Shown here: positions 16,966-24,593 of the stretch, piece by piece
How the letters are laid out: each line of letters begins with the position of its first letter
Numbering within the stretch: position 1 is the stretch's first letter
Assembly: GCF_000336675.1 (NCBI RefSeq)
Contig: NZ_AOMB01000006.1
Span: 17,221 to 57,220, forward strand
Direction: 5' to 3'
DNA from: Halococcus hamelinensis 100A6
GTDB lineage: Archaea; Halobacteriota; Halobacteria; Halobacteriales; Halococcaceae
Length of the DNA stretch: 40,000 nt
Program-made: the position numbers and the translations under genes
The notes under the pieces: generated by a model
What the model was told of the DNA's origin: nothing
Databases searched by the model: none
Seen by the model: only the letters and a program-made list of their open reading frames with translations

Positions 16966-17701
16966 GACGGGGCTGCTGTTCGACCAGCCGGAACTGGAGG
17001 ACGCGATAGCAACGGACGAGTTGCTCGATTGGAAGGAGAAACGGTACCTCGAGTTCAGGGAGACGATGCGGAACTCCCGGTACCCGTGTTACTTCGCGGT
17101 GAACGCCGAGCGGGACGACTCCGCCCGATACCTGTTCGCGGAGAACGCCCGTGACCGTGATACGCTTCTCAAGATACGGGAGGGGCTACAGCAGTACCTC
17201 CAACGGTATCGCTCCATCGCCGAACGCACGACCCTCGTCATCTTCTTCGGGCCCGCCGCCGAGGAGCGGAGCGAGCGCGACTACCACGAGCAGTTCTGGA
17301 GGGTGCTCGAGTTCCTCCACCGGCGGGACCCGGAGCCGTGGCCCGCCGACATCCCGACGGAGCCCGACGACCCCGAGTGGGAGTTCTGTTTCGCGGGGGA
17401 ACCGATGTTCGTCGTCGGGCGTGCGCCGTTCTATACGGACCGACGGAGTCGGTACACACCGTATGGGCTCGAGATAACGATCCAACCACGCGAAACCCTC
17501 GACGACATCCGTGGGGACACGGTGGAGGGCCAGCGGATCCGCTCGGTCATCGAGGGCCGGTTGGACGAGTACGACGACGTCGCTCCCCACCCCTCCATCA
17601 GCGATTACGGCGACCCCCACACCCGGGAGTGGAAACAGTACCTGCTCCCGACGTCGAACGAGGAGCGACTGAACGAGTTTCCGTTCGAGATGAACCCATA
17701 G
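16958..17701 (+). CDS. YqcI/YcgG family protein
   Basis: 247 aa. The ATG at 16958 overlaps the preceding stop by 8 nt (ATGAATAG). YPCYFA near the N-terminus and WEFCFAGEPMFVVGRAPFYTDRRSRYTPYGLEITIQPRE match the family signature (WxFxFxGExxFVxxxxPxYxxRxSRxxxxxxxxxFQPR). Confidence 0.8.
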   Translation: MNRTGLLFDQPELEDAIATDELLDWKEKRYLEFRETMRNSRYPCYFAVNAERDDSARYLFAENARDRDTLLKIREGLQQYLQRYRSIAERTTLVIFFGPAAEERSERDYHEQFWRVLEFLHRRDPEPWPADIPTEPDDPEWEFCFAGEPMFVVGRAPFYTDRRSRYTPYGLEITIQPRETLDDIRGDTVEGQRIRSVIEGRLDEYDDVAPHPSISDYGDPHTREWKQYLLPTSNEERLNEFPFEMNP

Positions 17702-17896
17702 CGGTCGCCGAACCCGCTCGGTCGGTCCTCGACTCGCTGAGACCGACGAAGCGAACGGACAGGAGGAACGGCACGGTCCGATCGCCAGTGAGCCCTTTTC
17801 GGACGGGGAGGAGGACACGAGACGGATCCGCTGCAGGTCGGACGGGCGCAAGCTCAATCGTTAATAGCGCTACTCGCCTGAATAGCTACCGAGACC

Positions 17897-18412
17897 ATGT
17901 CCGTTATCGCACTCCTGAGTACTACCCCAGCCCGAAGCGAGAACACCAGCGAGGAGGTCGCCGGAGCCGTCGAAGCCCTCGGCGACTACGACGTGGACCC
18001 CACCCTCACCGCGATGGGAACGATCATCGAAACTGACGACGTCGGCGAGCTGTTCGCCGCCGTCGAGGCTGCCCATCGAGCCGTCGACGCGGACCGGGTG
18101 ACGACGAAGCTCGAGATCGACCACGAACGGGACCGCGACCGGGGCGCATCCGCACGAGTCTCCGCCGTCGAGGAGATGCTCGGGGACGGGAGCGCCTCCG
18201 ACGGTCCCGCGGGAACGAACACCACGACGGACGACTCGGAGGAACTGGACAGCGTCGACATGAGTGGTCACGCTCCCGAGGACACCGAGGACGCGCCCGA
18301 GGAGGACGCCGGTATGAAGGGCGGGGACTACAAGACTGCGGACTCCGAGGCGGACGACGAACCGATAAGCGAGAAGTACGGGGAGGAGACCGACGGCTCT
18401 TCGAGCGATTAG
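17897..18412 (+). CDS. MTH1187/YkoF-family (DUF77) thiamine-binding-fold protein with a long acidic disordered tail
   Basis: The first ~95 aa (MSVIALLSTTP...EEVAGAVEAL...LTAMGTIIETDDVGELFAAVEAAHRAV..DRVTTKLEIDHERDR......RVSAVEEML) follow the MTH1187 pattern (PMGTxIEG..., KID.R.D). About 75 aa of D/E/S/T-rich sequence follow. An AT-rich TTAATAG at ~17862-17868 lies ~30 nt before the ATG, consistent with a leaderless transcript. Confidence 0.75.
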   Translation: MSVIALLSTTPARSENTSEEVAGAVEALGDYDVDPTLTAMGTIIETDDVGELFAAVEAAHRAVDADRVTTKLEIDHERDRDRGASARVSAVEEMLGDGSASDGPAGTNTTTDDSEELDSVDMSGHAPEDTEDAPEEDAGMKGGDYKTADSEADDEPISEKYGEETDGSSSD

Positions 18413-18645
18413 TCGCTCATCCGTGTACTACTCCGCTGCTGAAGCCCCGGACCAGACTCCCCCTTCCCGTGTCTCTGTAGTTCGTCTCCAGCTCCACAGC
18501 GGTCGACGGTCCTCCCAGGGGTGAGCCGTTAGACTGGTACTTGGATGTGAGCCCCAGCGCTTGGTGTCCTCGTTCCGTTTCGGTGTGGCCTAGGTCTGGG
18601 AGCGACCCGATTCGTCGCCCGAAGCGGGCGTCCGGCCGAACGACG

Positions 18646-19011
18646 TCACTCGCTCAGATAGTCGATGATCGCATCCGCGCTCGAGATGTTCGTCGCGAAG
18701 GGGACGTCGTGAACGTCACAGACGCGGAGGAGGGCGGTGATGTCCGGGTCGTGGGGTTGGGAGGTGAGTGGGTCCCGCAGGAAGATCACCGCATCACACT
18801 CGTCGGTGGCGACGGCGGCACCGATCATCATGTCGCCACCGTGTGAGCCCGAGTTCAGCTGCTCGACCTCCAGTTCGGTTTCCTCACTGAGTCGCTCGCC
18901 GGTCGAGCCGGTCGCCATACAATCGAACTGTTCGAGGAGCTCGACGTGTTCGTCGACGAATTCGACCATAGCTTGTTTCTTCTCGTCGTGTGCCAAGAAC
19001 GCTAACTGCAT
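18646..19011 (-). CDS. mgsA: Methylglyoxal synthase
   Basis: LAFLAHDEKKQAMVEF..., ATGSTGERL, SGSHGGDMMIGA, AVIFLRDPLTSQPHDPDITALLRVCDVHDVPFATN match the MGS signature (AHDxxK, ATGTTG, GPxGGDQQIG, DPLxxQPHDPDVxALLR). The start is placed at ATG 19011. The tracked ORF extends to 19098, so the N-terminus is uncertain. Confidence 0.85.
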   Translation of the reverse strand: MQLAFLAHDEKKQAMVEFVDEHVELLEQFDCMATGSTGERLSEETELEVEQLNSGSHGGDMMIGAAVATDECDAVIFLRDPLTSQPHDPDITALLRVCDVHDVPFATNISSADAIIDYLSE

Positions 19012-19173
19012 CACGTAGAGACTGTCGAGCCGGCGTCTTGAGACTATGTTCACCCGTTTGATACGTGGGTGGTTGTGGTACGAGCGTGATTTCGGCATGG
19101 AACGCCACGATAGTGTGATATCAGCCGATCGAGTGCAACCCGAACGTAGTTCGACGGGACTACCCGGACCGTA

Positions 19174-19287
19174 TCACTTCATCGAGGACATCTCGTCCAT
19201 GTGTTCCGCTTCCACGTGAGCAGTGAGTTGCTGTTCACTGTCGAATCCCTTGCCACACTCCTCGCACGTCTGTTCGCTTTCACTCAT
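19174..19287 (-). CDS. 37-aa classical C2H2 zinc-finger micro-protein (absent from the ORF track because it is under 60 aa)
   Basis: The reverse complement of 19174-19287 reads ATG AGT GAA ... AAG TGA, giving MSESEQTCEECGKGFDSEQQLTAHVEAEHMDEMSSMK. It fits C-x2-C-x3-F-x5-L-x2-H-x4-H exactly. It is acidic and lies in an AT-richer intergenic stretch. Confidence 0.6.
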   Translation of the reverse strand: MSESEQTCEECGKGFDSEQQLTAHVEAEHMDEMSSMK

Positions 19288-19513
19288 CGCCACCGGGTTC
19301 GGGTTCGACGGTCATCACTGACTGGCTTGCTGGTATAGCTCCAGCGTGCTCGTGGGAGGGAAAGCTACATTCACGGATTCGTATCGTCGTGTGTAATTTA
19401 TCGTCGATGGCGTGAATAGCACGGGTCGTACGGCGGATATCATATCTATTCACTCGAAGCAACGAGGAGCGAGGTGACCGAACGACACGAGCGGCCCCGA
19501 CGACGGAGGGCTG

Positions 19514-19996
19514 TTACGGTACCCAGCCGCCGGACTCGTCCGATCCGTCCGAGTCGGTTCGGCGCGCCGGTCGGTAGGAGAGCCCCGCTTCCTTCATCAG
19601 ACGTCGACAGCTCGGTCGCGAGTACTCGACGCCGAAGGTGTCGCGGAGGTAGCGCTGTACCAGCGATGGGTTCCACGCCGAAGCGTCGACACCCGCCTCC
19701 GAGGGGGGCTGCTGGAGGGTCTCCTCGAAGGTCTCACGCTGGTCGGCGGTGAGCTTCCGTGGGCGACCCGAGCGGTCGGCGTCGACGACCGCGTCGGCGA
19801 GCGGCCGTGATTCGAGCCGCATGAGCCAGCTGTAGATGGTTCGGCGCTGGATCCCGTACCAGTCGGCGAGGTCGGTCTGGCTGACGCCGTTCTTGTAGGC
19901 GATCGCCGCGAGAAGGCGCTGTGTGGGTTTCGCCCCGTCGACCTCGTCGAGGGCCGCCTGCAGTTCCTCGACGGAGATCTCGTCGAGATGGTCCAT
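19514..19996 (-). CDS. Stand-alone IS630-type transposase N-terminal HTH domain protein (paralog of 2796..3323)
   Basis: 160 aa. It aligns by eye with 2796..3323 over its whole length (PTQRLL/M.A..YK, ...W(L/M).RL(D/E), A(W/S)(T/N)..L.QRY...TF.VEY.R...RRLM.EAGLS), at roughly 40% identity. There is no DDE ORF downstream. Confidence 0.7.
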   Translation of the reverse strand: MDHLDEISVEELQAALDEVDGAKPTQRLLAAIAYKNGVSQTDLADWYGIQRRTIYSWLMRLESRPLADAVVDADRSGRPRKLTADQRETFEETLQQPPSEAGVDASAWNPSLVQRYLRDTFGVEYSRPSCRRLMKEAGLSYRPARRTDSDGSDESGGWVP

Positions 19997-20111
19997 ACCG
20001 TGAGTGGGTCGGGTGAGCGGATAGTTCTAGCGGTCCTCGTAGGGATGGTGTGAACCGTCGCGGTATCGGTCGGGAGCAAGCGGTTTATCCGCCCGACCGC
20101 GAACCACGAAC

Positions 20112-20390
20112 ATGGTCGAGAACGTCATCTGGCCGGCGTATCTGGACGCCGGATGCAGTCGAACCGAGGGTCGACGGGTGCCCCGACGCGTCGCGGTGCC
20201 CGAGCCGACCGTCGACGAGATCGCTCGTGCGGCCGGGCAGGTCGGTTACGACACCGTGATCGAACGCGAGAAGACCTATCCACGCGAGCACGCCGCACGC
20301 GGCCGTGTGCTGGTGAAGGACGCCGACGACGACGGGAAGTCGGACCTCCTCCAAGCCGTCGCGGCCTACGTCGCCGCGCTCCGGGAATGA
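20112..20390 (+). CDS. srp19: Signal recognition particle protein SRP19
   Basis: [37 protein letters not shown]...EKTYPRE...GRVLV matches the archaeal SRP19 signature (IWPxYxDxxxSRxEGRRVP ... YPR ... GRVxV). 92 aa. Confidence 0.9.
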   Translation: MVENVIWPAYLDAGCSRTEGRRVPRRVAVPEPTVDEIARAAGQVGYDTVIEREKTYPREHAARGRVLVKDADDDGKSDLLQAVAAYVAALRE

Positions 20391-20608
20391 AACGCGCGGG
20401 CGAGGTGGTCGGTACCGCCCAGGGACTCGCCATCGTCCGATGTGACGACGAGGGCTACCCGACCATCGGCACCCAGCTCGTCGACCAGAGCCTCTCGACG
20501 GTCGGTCGGGTCGTCGACGTGTTCGGCCCGACCGACCGCCCGTTTCTGGCGCTGAAGTCGACGAACTCGCCGGCGGGGCTGCTCGGCGAGCGTCTCTACA
20601 GCGAGTAA
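20387..20608 (+). CDS. gar1: H/ACA ribonucleoprotein complex subunit Gar1
   Basis: The ATG at 20387 overlaps the SRP19 stop (ATGA). 73 aa: [57 protein letters not shown] is a typical archaeal Gar1 barrel (G.V.DVFGPV..PY). It is read in the frame of tracked ORF 20153..20608. Confidence 0.85.
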   Translation: MKRAGEVVGTAQGLAIVRCDDEGYPTIGTQLVDQSLSTVGRVVDVFGPTDRPFLALKSTNSPAGLLGERLYSE

Positions 20609-20609
20609 C

Positions 20610-21476
20610 CTACCACCGCCACCGGTCCGACTCCTCGACGTCGAAGAGGCTGGGTCCGTCCACCGTATTGCCCTCGTCGAGGTAGCTCGACCGCCCCGCG
20701 AGGACGACGTTCGTGACCGCGCCGAACAGGAGCACGAGACAGCTGTAGTAGAGCCAGATGAGCACGAGGAGGACGCCCCCTACGATGCCGTAGGCCGTGT
20801 ACTGACCCGCGTAGCTCACGTAGATCTGGAAGGCGAACTGGGTCAGCGCCCACCCGATCGCCGACAGCACCGTGCCGGGCAGGACCTCGGTGGCCGAGAC
20901 GTCGACGTCCGGGACGAAGTAGTAGACCGGGAAGAAGACGAACGTGAGCCCGACGACGAGGTAGAGCGGGCTGAGGCGACCGAGAAGCGGGATCGGGAGG
21001 TCGGGGACGAACGCGAGCACGCCGCCGGTGAGCACGACGGCCACGACCCCGAGCGCGACGCCCGCGAGCACGACGAGGGCGTCCCGGAGCTGTTTGGGGA
21101 GGGACTTGACGTCGCGCACGCCGTAGACCGCGTCGAACGCGATGTCGAGCCCCCGGAAGAGCTTGAGCGCGCTCCAGAGCAGGGTCGCGATACCCAGCAC
21201 GGACGCGCCGGTCTGGCCGGACGAGTCGGTGAGGGCGTCCGCGAGCAGTTCGCGCGCGCTCCCGGTGAGCGTCGAGTTGAACAGCGCGGTGATCTGGTCG
21301 GCGAACGCCTCGCCCCCGACCACCGACGCCGCGATGAAGCTGAGCAGGAACAGCGGGATCAGCGAGAGGAAGGCGTAGAACGCGAGGCTCCCCGCCATGA
21401 AGGTGAGGTGGTTCTGGGTGACCTCGGCGACCATCGCGCGGGCGAGGACCACCGGGCGGGAGGAACGAAAGCTCAT
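20610..21476 (-). CDS. YihY/BrkB (formerly called ribonuclease BN-like) family membrane protein
   Basis: 288 aa and multi-TM. N-terminal ...LTFMAGSLAFYAFLSLIPLFLL..., then LLWSALKLFRGLDIAFDAVYG, and ...LIWLYYSCLVLLFGAV are family hallmarks. Confidence 0.85.
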   Translation of the reverse strand: MSFRSSRPVVLARAMVAEVTQNHLTFMAGSLAFYAFLSLIPLFLLSFIAASVVGGEAFADQITALFNSTLTGSARELLADALTDSSGQTGASVLGIATLLWSALKLFRGLDIAFDAVYGVRDVKSLPKQLRDALVVLAGVALGVVAVVLTGGVLAFVPDLPIPLLGRLSPLYLVVGLTFVFFPVYYFVPDVDVSATEVLPGTVLSAIGWALTQFAFQIYVSYAGQYTAYGIVGGVLLVLIWLYYSCLVLLFGAVTNVVLAGRSSYLDEGNTVDGPSLFDVEESDRWRW

Positions 21477-21653
21477 GGGCGTTCGTCCGTCCAGAAACGT
21501 GCGGAATCAACCTAATGGTTCGGTTTTCGATGTGGTTTTGTGACCCCCCGTCCGGGGCGGTCGATCCCGATTCGAATTTCGCGGGTGACCGGCAGGTCGC
21601 TCACACGAGTCGACGAACGAAACCCCGAAGACGGCGGCGGGGGTGGTGGGGGT

Positions 21654-22658
21654 ATGGACCAGCGCAAGCGGCTGTACGCGGCGGGCGCGATGGCGGTCGC
21701 GGTCTTCGTGCTGATCCAGCTCGGGGCGGTGGCGCTGGTCGGCCCGTTCGAGCGCGCGGGCTACCAGGCCGTCGAGAACCCGACGGACCCCGCGAACAGC
21801 GCGGTCTACATCGGCGCGATCCTCGTCGCCACCGCCGCGATGCTCGCGGTGATCAAACTCGGTATCCAGTGGCTCCTCCGGGGGTTCGTGGTGTTCTCCA
21901 GCGGACTGGTCTCGCTCTACGTCTTCTCGGTGCTCGCGCCGCCCGTCTCGGCGAGCCTCGCGGGGGTGACCTTCAACCCGCTCGCGGTGGGCGGGGCGGT
22001 CGTGCTCGCGATCGCGCTGCTCGCCTATCCCGAGTGGTACGTCATCGACGCCGCCGGGGTGGTGATGGGCGCGGGTGCGGCGGGCATCTTCGGCATCAGT
22101 TTCGGGCTCCTGCCCGCGATACTCCTCCTGGTCGCCCTCGCGGTCTACGACGCCATCTCGGTCTACGGGACCGAGCACATGCTGACGCTCGCCGACGGCG
22201 TGATGGACCTCAAACTACCGGTCGTGCTCGTGATCCCGCTCACGCTCTCGTACTCGTTCCTCGACGATTCGCCGACGGCGAACGCGGACGAGAGCGTCGA
22301 AGCCGACGGCGGGGAGGGTGAGGGGAGCGAGACGAACCCACCGCCGGCAGCCGGCGACCGCGACGTGTTCTTCGTGGGGCTCGGCGACGCGGTGATGCCG
22401 GGCGTGCTGGTGGCGAGCGCCGCGTTCTTCGCGCCCGCTCGCCCCCTGATCCCGGGCTTCGCGCTCTCGCTACCTGCGCTCACCGCGATGGTCGGCACGG
22501 TCTGTGGCCTCGTGGTCCTGCTCCGATTGGTGATGAAGGGCCGTGCCCACGCCGGTCTGCCGCTGCTCAACGGCGGCGCGATCGCCGGCTACCTCGTGGG
22601 AGCGATCGCCTCGGGGATCCCGGTCGTGACCGCGCTCGGGCTCGGGCCGTATCTCTGA
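21654..22658 (+). CDS. Presenilin/signal-peptide-peptidase-type intramembrane aspartyl protease (archaeal PSH, peptidase A22)
   Basis: ATG at 21654 (MDQRKRLYAAGAMAVAV...). It is polytopic and carries the three diagnostic motifs in order: LAVYDAISVY (YD), FVGLGDAVMPG (GxGD) and LSLPALTAMVG (PAL). Confidence 0.85.
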   Translation: MDQRKRLYAAGAMAVAVFVLIQLGAVALVGPFERAGYQAVENPTDPANSAVYIGAILVATAAMLAVIKLGIQWLLRGFVVFSSGLVSLYVFSVLAPPVSASLAGVTFNPLAVGGAVVLAIALLAYPEWYVIDAAGVVMGAGAAGIFGISFGLLPAILLLVALAVYDAISVYGTEHMLTLADGVMDLKLPVVLVIPLTLSYSFLDDSPTANADESVEADGGEGEGSETNPPPAAGDRDVFFVGLGDAVMPGVLVASAAFFAPARPLIPGFALSLPALTAMVGTVCGLVVLLRLVMKGRAHAGLPLLNGGAIAGYLVGAIASGIPVVTALGLGPYL

Positions 22659-22710
22659 ACCCGGCAAGTCCCGACCGCAACCCTATGGAACTCGAAACCC
22701 TCGTAGACCC

Positions 22711-23193
22711 ATGAACAGCGCCGAGACGAACGATGGGACGCCGAGCGACGAGCACACCCGGCCGAGCCTCTCGCTCGCGACGGTCGCGACCGGGCTCGAA
22801 GCCGGGCTGTTCGCCACGGTCGTGATGACCGTCTTCCGCGAACCCACTGCACGCGCCCTGCCGCCCACCGCGGAACTTCTCACTAAGTGGTTCGGCGGCG
22901 ACGCCGACGACTACCACCTGCGCTCGCTGGGGCTCCACCTGGTCTACGGGGCCATCGCCGGCGGGCTGTTCGCGCCGATACTCGCGGCGCTGGACGCCGA
23001 GCGGACGCACCCGGAAGCCGTCGGGCTCGTCGTCGGCGGCGTCTACGGCCTCGCCCTCTCGGTCTTCGGCGAGGCGGTCCTCCTCCATCGCTATCTCGAC
23101 ATGGACCTCGCGACCGACGAGTCGGCGGTGTTCCACGCCGGCCACCTCATCTACGGGCTGGCGCTCGGCGCGTGGCTCGGGTCGCGGGCCTGA
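22711..23193 (+). CDS. Hypothetical membrane protein (about 4 TM segments)
   Basis: 160 aa with high GC3, hydrophobic segments (LATVATGLEAGLFATVVMTVF, LGLHLVYGAIAGGLFAPILAAL, GLVVGGVYGLALSVFG, HLIYGLALGAWLG) and an acidic N-terminus. I recognise no family. Confidence 0.6.
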   Translation: MNSAETNDGTPSDEHTRPSLSLATVATGLEAGLFATVVMTVFREPTARALPPTAELLTKWFGGDADDYHLRSLGLHLVYGAIAGGLFAPILAALDAERTHPEAVGLVVGGVYGLALSVFGEAVLLHRYLDMDLATDESAVFHAGHLIYGLALGAWLGSRA

Positions 23194-23262
23194 ACCGAAC
23201 GAGGTTTTTCGGCTCGCCGAAAGATCGGAACGGCTATGGTTCGTTAGGCGAGCCTAAATCAC

Positions 23263-24504
23263 ATGGCACGCGACGCTGCCGACGGCTCGACGCGTCGCCG
23301 GTTCCTCAAGACCGGCGTCGGTGTCGGCCTCGCCGGGCTGTTCGCCGGTTGTTCGAGTGGAAACGACGCGGGGAGCAACGACACGAGCGGAGCGGGCGAT
23401 GGGGCCGACGCGACGAGCGCGACGGCCGGGGGGTCGACCGCCGGGAAGTCGACGGACGGGGCCACGAGCCAGGGCGGAGCCACGAAGGGCGGCGGGACGA
23501 CGACCGGCGGTTCGTACTCGGTCTCGATGGCACCGGTCGGGAGCGTCACGTTCGATTCCGTCCCGCGGAAGTGGGTCCCCTTCACCGGCGACTACGCCGA
23601 CATGGGCGTCGCGCTCGGTCGGTCGGACGGGCTCTCGGCGATCGGCGTCGCCGCCCGGTACGGCTCGTTCTACTACGACGACCTCCCGGGGGTCTCGGTC
23701 GATACGAGCAGCCTCACCGAACTCTACCAGGGCGACAGCGTCGGCAAGGAGGTCTTCTACGAGATCGACGCCGACGTCCACGTCGTCGACCCAAACTTCA
23801 TGGTCAACAGGCTGGGCTGGAGCCAGGGCGACGTCACGGAGATAACGAACCAGGTCGCACCTTTCTTCGGCAACACCACCTTCACCCGGGTCTACGACTG
23901 GCACGACTACCGCTACTACACGATGGAGGAGCTGCTGGGGAAGCTCGGCGCGGTGTTCGACCAGCGGGCACGCGCCGAGGCGTTCACCCAGCTTCTCGAC
24001 GAGGTGCATTCCACAGTTAAGGGGACCCTCCCGAACGAGACGCCCTCGGTCGCGCTGCTCTATCCCGCCGACGTCCCGCCCGAGTCGTTCTACCCCTACC
24101 TCGTTGGCGAGGGGACGACCTCGAAGCAGTGGCGGACCCTCGAGGTCGAGGACGCGCTGGCGGCGAACGACGTGGCCGACGCCCAAGCGGGCGGGAGCGC
24201 GATCGACTTCGAGACGCTGCTCGAGATCGACCCCGACGTGCTCGCGGTGCGCCTCCAGGGCGAGATCACCGACCAGTACTTCCGGAAGAACGTCGTCCGG
24301 CCCCTCGAGAACCACGAGGTGGCCTCACAGCTCAGCGCGGTGCAAAACGACCGGGTGGTCTACGCCGGCCTGACCTACCAGGGCCCGATCATCTACCTCT
24401 TCCAGCTCGAACGCGCGGCCCAAGGGGTCTACCCCGACGCGTTCGGCGGCAGCCAGCTCTTCGACCGCCAGCGCGTCGCGGACATCGTGAACGGGGACGG
24501 ATGA
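23263..24504 (+). CDS. Tat-exported lipoprotein, periplasmic-binding-protein type (iron-siderophore/cobalamin-like ABC substrate-binding protein), orphan
   Basis: MARDAADGSTRRRFLKTGVGVGLAGLFAGCSSG has an RR motif and a lipobox. A Ser/Thr/Gly-rich linker follows. The body, with LLEIDPDVLAV and a tail like YQGPIIYLFQLERAAQGVYPD, resembles Peripla_BP_2 proteins. No permease or ATPase gene is adjacent. Confidence 0.7.
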   Translation: MARDAADGSTRRRFLKTGVGVGLAGLFAGCSSGNDAGSNDTSGAGDGADATSATAGGSTAGKSTDGATSQGGATKGGGTTTGGSYSVSMAPVGSVTFDSVPRKWVPFTGDYADMGVALGRSDGLSAIGVAARYGSFYYDDLPGVSVDTSSLTELYQGDSVGKEVFYEIDADVHVVDPNFMVNRLGWSQGDVTEITNQVAPFFGNTTFTRVYDWHDYRYYTMEELLGKLGAVFDQRARAEAFTQLLDEVHSTVKGTLPNETPSVALLYPADVPPESFYPYLVGEGTTSKQWRTLEVEDALAANDVADAQAGGSAIDFETLLEIDPDVLAVRLQGEITDQYFRKNVVRPLENHEVASQLSAVQNDRVVYAGLTYQGPIIYLFQLERAAQGVYPDAFGGSQLFDRQRVADIVNGDG

Positions 24505-24590
24505 CCGACCGCGACGTCGTGGTCGGTCCCGAGCGGGTCCTCGACGCGCTCGACGACGAGGCGATCCGCGAGTATCTGGACGGGAACTGA
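24501..24590 (+). CDS. 29-aa acidic micro-ORF translationally coupled to the binding-protein gene (hypothetical)
   Basis: The ATG at 24501 overlaps the SBP stop (ATGA). The product is MTDRDVVVGPERVLDALDDEAIREYLDGN. By hand count 27 of 29 codons end in G/C, a strong coding-like bias for this genome. Confidence 0.4.
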   Translation: MTDRDVVVGPERVLDALDDEAIREYLDGN

Positions 24591-24593
24591 GGG

